A stretch of 64,000 nt of DNA, taken from the NCBI GenBank assembly GCA_045159875.1, contig CP067995.1, positions 1,088,001 to 1,152,000 on the forward strand, read 5' to 3'. Source of the DNA: a cyanobacterium endosymbiont of Rhopalodia gibba (GTDB lineage: Bacteria; Cyanobacteriota; Cyanobacteriia; Cyanobacteriales; Microcystaceae). The position numbers and the translations under genes were made by a program. Positions 58,290-64,000 of this stretch are shown here, piece after piece (the stretch's first letter is position 1; each line of letters begins with the position of its first letter). Below the pieces are notes generated by a model, which was not told the DNA's origin, did no database searches, and saw only the letters and a program-made list of their open reading frames with translations.

Positions 58290-59400
58290 TTTAAAACGAT
58301 AGTCAAAGGTAAAGTTGGTTTTTAACTATGTTCCATGACAATAGCTAAAGCCGGTACAGCTGATTATAGAAGTCATTCACCGAAGGTATATTGATTAACT
58401 CTAATCACGAAAGTAGCTGGTAACTCCTCCATGAGATGAACAAAAACTAACATGACTTCTATAAGTGTTCCCTCAGACATCAAGAGAGTATACACCTTGA
58501 ATAAGGTATTAGTGGGAGTGTCGCCTAAACTACGGGCTGGATCGTCTTAAACTTGTTTTTTTTATTTGAACTTAATCCTAACTATACCAAAAGCTACTGA
58601 TAAACATAGGAGTGAATAAGCATAAATTGAGATAAGAATTGCCCTACTAATCTAATCAATAACCCTATGGCAATGCCAATGCCAAAGGTAGCTTCCATGA
58701 AGTTCCTCATCACGTTATTTAACCTTCCTAAAGGGATTAATATCGCTGCCGCAAATCACAGACCCTAAAATAGGATAGTCTAAAGCCGCAATATTTTTCC
58801 CTATCTTATCGTGAAATTGGATTGTAGTCTCTGTCCACAAGCCATGACTAAAGTTAAGATTAAGACTATGAAACTATGGTCGCAGTTAATGAGACTAAGG
58901 GGGTTAATAAGACTAAGATAGAATCATAGTTTGCTAGTTACTAAAAATTATTGACTAGAGCATATGAAAGATTCAAGAATAATATTTAGTCGGATTAAAT
59001 ACACACAAAGAACGACAAATCCCAAAGCAAAAGAGATAAAGTAGACAAAAAAGGCTAGTATTGTCTGTCATTAACTGCACAGCAGCTACTCGTTCCTCAA
59101 ATCTAAACCAAGTTCTATAGTATAAGTCTCTGTTGTAGAAGTATTTACCCTAAAGTATTGTACTGTCCAAAAATTATTTTATCGGTACTCCCTATCCTAT
59201 TCTCGCCAGTAGTAAAAAATAATTTAGCAAGCGATTTTAAGGACAGTAGAGTCAAAATATTGCCATGTTTTCTAGTATAAAAAAAATGCTGCCTACCACA
59301 AATAAAACAGAAATAACAATTAACGCTGCAACAACAAGAACAAGAAGTTTACAACCATTAATTAGAAAGTGCTTTAATAAAGATTTTTCGTGATGGAAGT
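58290..59400 (-). pseudogene. futB: Fe3+ ABC transporter permease (FutB/SfuB) pseudogene with internal deletion
   Basis: DDPARSLGDTPTNTLFKV..L..EGTL...MLVFVHLMEELPAT..IR ... PALAIVM; N-terminal LVVAALIVISVLFVVGSIF..TWQYFDSTVLK; only about 1.1 kb, many stops. Confidence 0.78.
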
Positions 59401-59410
59401 AGGATTATAA

Positions 59411-59686
59411 TTAGTCATCATTGAAATCAGAAGGTTCCCTAAAGTAGAGGTCGACAGACGTCGATTTCCGTGGAGGTTCAGCTTTTCCTTTTTGTCTCCT
59501 TTCCTCTTCAGTCCAAGGTTAACGCTTTGAATTGAAAATAACTAAATTGTGTTCCGACTAACTTAGTAACGTTTGAGTTCTTCATGATTCGTTTTTCTTT
59601 CATGAGCATCTTAACCTCACCCCCAAAAGCAAAAGTTAACCTACAGGATTGAGGTCTAACTGGTTTCTTCTCAACTGGTTCAACAT
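59411..59686 (-). pseudogene. decayed small hypothetical gene
   Basis: protein-like fragments MLNQLRR...LLLLGV and PWTEEERRQKGKAEPPRK...FREPSDFNDD* separated by stops. Confidence 0.4.
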
Positions 59687-60622
59687 TAGTTTTATTTCTA
59701 ATAAAGTTAAAGCATAACCAATACCAAGATAGGTTTTCCTATTAAACGGTAAATATTTATAAGAAGAATAGCCTTGTTATCAAAAATGTTCTAGTCTAAA
59801 TTGTTTTTACTTAATATAAGTATCTTCTCTATGATGAGTTCAATAAATATTAAGAGATAAACATTGTTTCTGCCACAAACTTTTCATGATTTCAACAAAA
59901 TTTTTAGCAACACGACCCAAGGTAAGCCTGGCTATAGGATGGATCTGTAGAGTTTTTTTGACGGAATCCTATTAACTAGGAAGTTTTTATGTTTTTTATG
60001 ACTTTTAGAACTTTCTCTTTTTAAAAAATCATTCAAATTCTAGTAATTTATGAGTTCAGTGAAAAAACACAGTTTAAAACCTTTATTTAGGATTATCAGC
60101 TTATTTTTAAAAATGATGTATGTGATGAAGTTCCTCATTTAATCCCGTGTTAATGCCGTTAATCTTAGAATATCTTGTCCTTCTGTGTATCTCTCACTTT
60201 GTCGTTTATCAAGTTTAAATTTTAAGCTATTAAAGCTATTTTTCAAGAGTTACATTTTATTTTTTTCTAAAAACTCTAGTTTTTCTATTTTTTTTTATAA
60301 AACAAATAAATACAAAATACAATCTAACGAAAAAACTAAACCTATCGAACATTGGAGGTTAAGTTGTTGGTATCTATTTTACTTTAAAAAAACTGAATAC
60401 GGCTTAAATAATAACTTGCAAAGCACGATCATACATTGATTTGCACATTATAGGTTTATTCTTTTTATTGGTCAACGATATTATTGACATAATTTTAATT
60501 AAATTGACCATAGATTTATAGTTTTTTTTATCAAAAAATATTAATACTTTATATCTTTATTTATAAATTTTACCACTGACAATAGTACTCGATTTAGTTT
60601 ATGAAAAAGGTGTTAGACTACT

Positions 60623-60679
60623 ATTAGTCGATTCTATGCTGAGCTATTTTGAAAATAGCTCAGCATAGAATCGACTAAT
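60623..60679. repeat. 57-bp perfect palindrome (28-bp arms, 1-nt spacer)
   Basis: ATTAGTCGATTCTATGCTGAGCTATTTT-G-AAAATAGCTCAGCATAGAATCGACTAAT. Confidence 0.97.
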
Positions 60680-60870
60680 CTATTGCAATAATTGTAACCA
60701 GGCAAGGGTTCCTAGTTTATTAGGAAATGAACCAGTAATAATTTTATTAATTTTTTATCGACAATTATTAATTCTCGATGACAGTCATTTTTTTTATAAG
60801 ACATCGATACAATAGCCCTAGGGTTAATTGATACGATCACCCCCTATCTATAACGTCTGTATTATTTTTT

Positions 60871-61461
60871 ATGTCTCATAATAGAACAACCCAACCCTTC
60901 GGATCAGTCATTGAAGGTTCTCTCAGTCAAGGATTAGAGGTTCGCTTACATCCTGATGTTTCCGTCGAGCAAATGCGGGTGGGTAAGTTTTTAGTCGTTC
61001 AGGGAATAAGATCTCGGTTTTTCTGTCTCCTCACCGACGTCTCTTTAGGAACTACTAACCCTCGTATTCTCTCCAATCCTCCTAGTTTTGAAGATAGTTT
61101 TATGCACGATGTCCTAACAGGAAGCGGAACCTACGGAAAAGTAGAATTAGCTCCAATGTTAATGTTTACTCCTATTGAAAAGGAAGTACAAGTTAATGCT
61201 AAAACAAAAAATAAGAATAGTTCATTAGGATCATTTGAGGCGAAAACGAGTAGTGATATTGAATTACTCCCAGTTAAAACTATTCCAGCTCATTTTAGTC
61301 AGGTTGATGAAGCTTTGGAAAAAGATTTTCGTTGTGTTTTTGGCTGTAAAAATGATCCCATCCGTCGTAATTTTGCTATAACTAAGTACACGCAGTATTA
61401 CATTGAACTATCTTTATATTTTTTAACTGCTTTAGGTAAACATGCTAAGTTAAATCTTTAG
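60871..61461 (+). pseudogene. truncated HerA-like ATPase (N-terminal HAS-barrel only)
   Basis: GSVIEGSLSQGLEVRL...VGKFLVVQG...VKTIPAHFSQV; family-like sequence ends at RRNFAI, before any Walker A motif. Confidence 0.72.
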
Positions 61462-61549
61462 CTTGAAAAAGTTATCTTGACGCAATGATTTAAATTTTTA
61501 GGGAAGATTTAATAAAATACAATTACCAATTTTAAGAGAAAAATAAGAA

Positions 61550-61577
61550 CTTGGGTAACTAATTAAAGTTACCCAAG
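61550..61577. terminator. hairpin downstream of fba
   Basis: CTTGGGTAACT-aattaa-AGTTACCCAAG. Confidence 0.65.
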
Positions 61578-61622
61578 CGTTAAATAGTAAATGACAAGTA
61601 AAAAAATTTTGTCACTCAACTT

Positions 61623-62702
61623 CTATACAGAAATAGTCTTCCTAAGACCAGTGTCTAACTCTCCTTTAGTATACTTAATGGCATAAGCCTCAATACTTTC
61701 TTGCTTGATCTTACTAGCATTGCCAGCAGTCCAGAATTGCTGATAACGCTCAGAACAAACTTGCGTCATGTACTTTATAGAATGTTTCATGTAATGGCGA
61801 GGGTCAAAGTTGCTAGGATCCTCATGGAAAGCTTCTCGAATGGCAGCTGTGATCGCTAAACGATTATCCGTATCGATGTTAACTTTACGAACACCACTCT
61901 TGATCCCTTTTTGAATCTCTTCAACAGGAACTCCATAGGTTTCAGGAATTTTACCTCCGTATTGATTGATCATGTCTAACCATTCTTGGGGTACGGAGGA
62001 AGAACCGTGCATTACTAAGTGGGTATTGGGTAAACGACGATGAATTTCTTCAATACGGCTAATGGCGAGAATTTCACCGGTGGGTTTACGAGTAAACTTA
62101 TAAGCACCGTGGCTGGTTCCAATGGCGATCGCTAAAGCATCAACTTGAGTACGCTCAACGAATTCTACCGCTTCATCAGGATTTGTCAGGAGTTGGTCTT
62201 TACTTAAAGTTCCCTCAAACCCATGACCATCTTCTTTGTCTCCTCGACCAGTTTCAAGAGAACCTAAACAACCGAGTTCACCCTCAACACTAGCACCGAC
62301 AGCATGAGCAACTTTAACGACTTCGGCAGTAACATTTACGTTGTAATCGAAGTTAGCGGGGGTTTTGGCATCCTCTTCTAAGGAGCCATCCATCATAACA
62401 CTGGTAAAACCATTGCGGATTGCGCTATAACAAGTAGCAGGGCTATTTCCGTGGTCTTGGTGCATAGCAATGGGAATATGAGGATAGCTTTCTGATGCTC
62501 CCAAGATTAAGTGACGGAGGAAATTTTCTCCTGCATACTTACGAGCGCCACGAGAAGCTTGTAGAATAACGGGGCTATTGGTTTCGTCGGCCGCCTGCAT
62601 AATTGCTAAAATTTGCTCAAGATTGTTGACGTTGAATGCAGGAATACCATAACCATTCTCAGCCGCGTGATCTAGAAGCATTCGCATTGGGACGAGTGCC
62701 AT
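61623..62702 (-). CDS. fbaA: class II fructose-bisphosphate aldolase
   Basis: [53 protein letters not shown]. Confidence 0.98.
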   Translation of the reverse strand: MALVPMRMLLDHAAENGYGIPAFNVNNLEQILAIMQAADETNSPVILQASRGARKYAGENFLRHLILGASESYPHIPIAMHQDHGNSPATCYSAIRNGFTSVMMDGSLEEDAKTPANFDYNVNVTAEVVKVAHAVGASVEGELGCLGSLETGRGDKEDGHGFEGTLSKDQLLTNPDEAVEFVERTQVDALAIAIGTSHGAYKFTRKPTGEILAISRIEEIHRRLPNTHLVMHGSSSVPQEWLDMINQYGGKIPETYGVPVEEIQKGIKSGVRKVNIDTDNRLAITAAIREAFHEDPSNFDPRHYMKHSIKYMTQVCSERYQQFWTAGNASKIKQESIEAYAIKYTKGELDTGLRKTISV

Positions 62703-63723
62703 AGATGTCCTCCTAATCTATCTTTTGTTTTGTGTGGGTTAATCTTCAAGAAAATCAATTCTCTTATTTTTCAATACTAAGATAGATTGCACCTTTTGAC
62801 GAGTTGTTTTTTATGCTATGGACTATAGATTATTCCTGTGCTATGCACCGCATATTATTATTCTCTTGTCAATACTAAGTTTTCCTAAGCATAATCAAAA
62901 CCAAAGGTAATTGATTAAGTGATTACCATCCGAACTCGCCCCCGAAGTTGCCATCTCCACATAAGCAGTGATTATCTACCAAATTCCTTGGGAACTCAAG
63001 GTCCAAGCTTGTATCACATGAGAGCGTCCACTCGACAGATTGTTATTGGGACTATGTAATAACTGCATTCGCACAGAAATAATTTAATAATTTATAATTC
63101 TCCATAGAGCTAAATTCTATGGAATTTTCTAAACCCGCACAATTTTCATTATAGCTAAAATTTTTTAAAAGCGACACAAACTAAATTTTTTTAACTACAT
63201 ATACTTTACATAATTTACTAAACTAGACTGTAACTTAAGCATTAGAAAATATTAAAATAAGGGTCAAAAAATTTTCTCTTTCACAACTGAAGTATGGTAA
63301 ATCGGAAAGATAGGCTTAGATAAGTATGAGCGAGCTGAAAGAAAAACGACTAAGTATCACAAGGCGTCAGATGAAACTCGTAAAATTGTCTTAAAGAGAC
63401 TTAAAAATAAATCCCCTTTAGCTAAGGTAGTTAAATACGCTTATTTTCAGGAAAATTTTTTTAAAAAACGCTAATTAAAACGATATAAAGTCAATTGTAA
63501 TTGTTTTAATCTAAAAATTAGAAATGGTTTGTTTTTTAAACACTCATCTCATATTGTAACTGCCTACCTATCCTGTCTTGAGGGGGTTTTGTTATAAGGA
63601 TGTGTCTTGTTTACTTCCCAAGTATGAAGGCAAGTTTTTCATGAAAATGTCTGAATATCGAGTATTTGAGAGTAACCTACCCCAAAAAAGCGAAAATAGA
63701 GATGAGTTAAACTAACTCTTGGA

Positions 63724-63999
63724 TTAAGACGGAGAAGAATTTTGTAAATTTTGACCAATTTTAGGTTCTTTCCCCTCAAGGAGACGATTAATATTTGTGC
63801 TATGACGAATAATAACATAGAGTCCTGCTACCAAAGCAAAAATACAATAGGGCAGAGGTTGATGTAGGCAAATCATCAAAATATTCGCTGCAAGTACTCC
63901 TGTTAAGGAACTCAGGGAAACAATCTTGGAGAAACTCAGCATTAGCAAAAAGCTAGTTAAGCTTCCTAAAGCAACTAAGGGGTTGAGTACGAATAACAC
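63724..63999 (-). CDS. plsY: glycerol-3-phosphate acyltransferase PlsY (C-terminal part; runs off the window)
   Basis: IVSLSSL, RH..NI.RLL.G.EPKIG. Confidence 0.88.
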   Translation of the reverse strand: MLFVLNPLVALGSLTSFLLMLSFSKIVSLSSLTGVLAANILMICLHQPLPYCIFALVAGLYVIIRHSTNINRLLEGKEPKIGQNLQNSSPS

Positions 64000-64000
64000 G

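Noticed and set aside
60185..60439. 84-aa ORF (likewise 27075-27341, 35483-35674, 36190-36405)
   Set aside because: Composition typical of chance ORFs in AT-rich or decayed DNA; no SD or motifs

Overview
AT-rich cyanobacterial chromosome segment undergoing reductive evolution. About 37 intact housekeeping or metabolic genes (hpnH, pyk, SLH-porin, cobB, argS, bioD, prs, fbp, zwf, opcA, gntK, rlmB, nusB, pgl, ABC-2 exporter, pmbA-like, ndhR, trpG, dgkA, ybeY, fba, plsY) are separated by long, very AT-rich spacers. Several spacers hold recognisable decayed genes: a CpcS/CpcV-type phycobilin lyase, gamma-tocopherol methyltransferase, the FutB iron permease, a Uma2 endonuclease, a TPR protein, an IS982 transposase and a truncated HerA. 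This pattern, with photosynthesis-related genes lost and oxidative pentose phosphate genes kept, best fits a Cyanothece/Crocosphaera-related non-photosynthetic endosymbiont such as a rhopalodiacean diatom spheroid body; this is inference and was not checked. Most interesting: (1) an intact, isolated three-gene DsrH/DsrE/DsrF-like (TusBCD-like) sulfur-relay operon with a CxxC subunit; (2) unrelated 48-58 bp perfect palindromes with a 0-1 nt spacer, one of them an inverted copy of the fbp 3' end; (3) an unannotated structured RNA carrying a 24-codon ORF with a perfect Shine-Dalgarno site upstream of the porin; (4) a 6S-like RNA. No tRNA, rRNA or CRISPR array was seen. All family assignments come from recalled motifs, not database searches.
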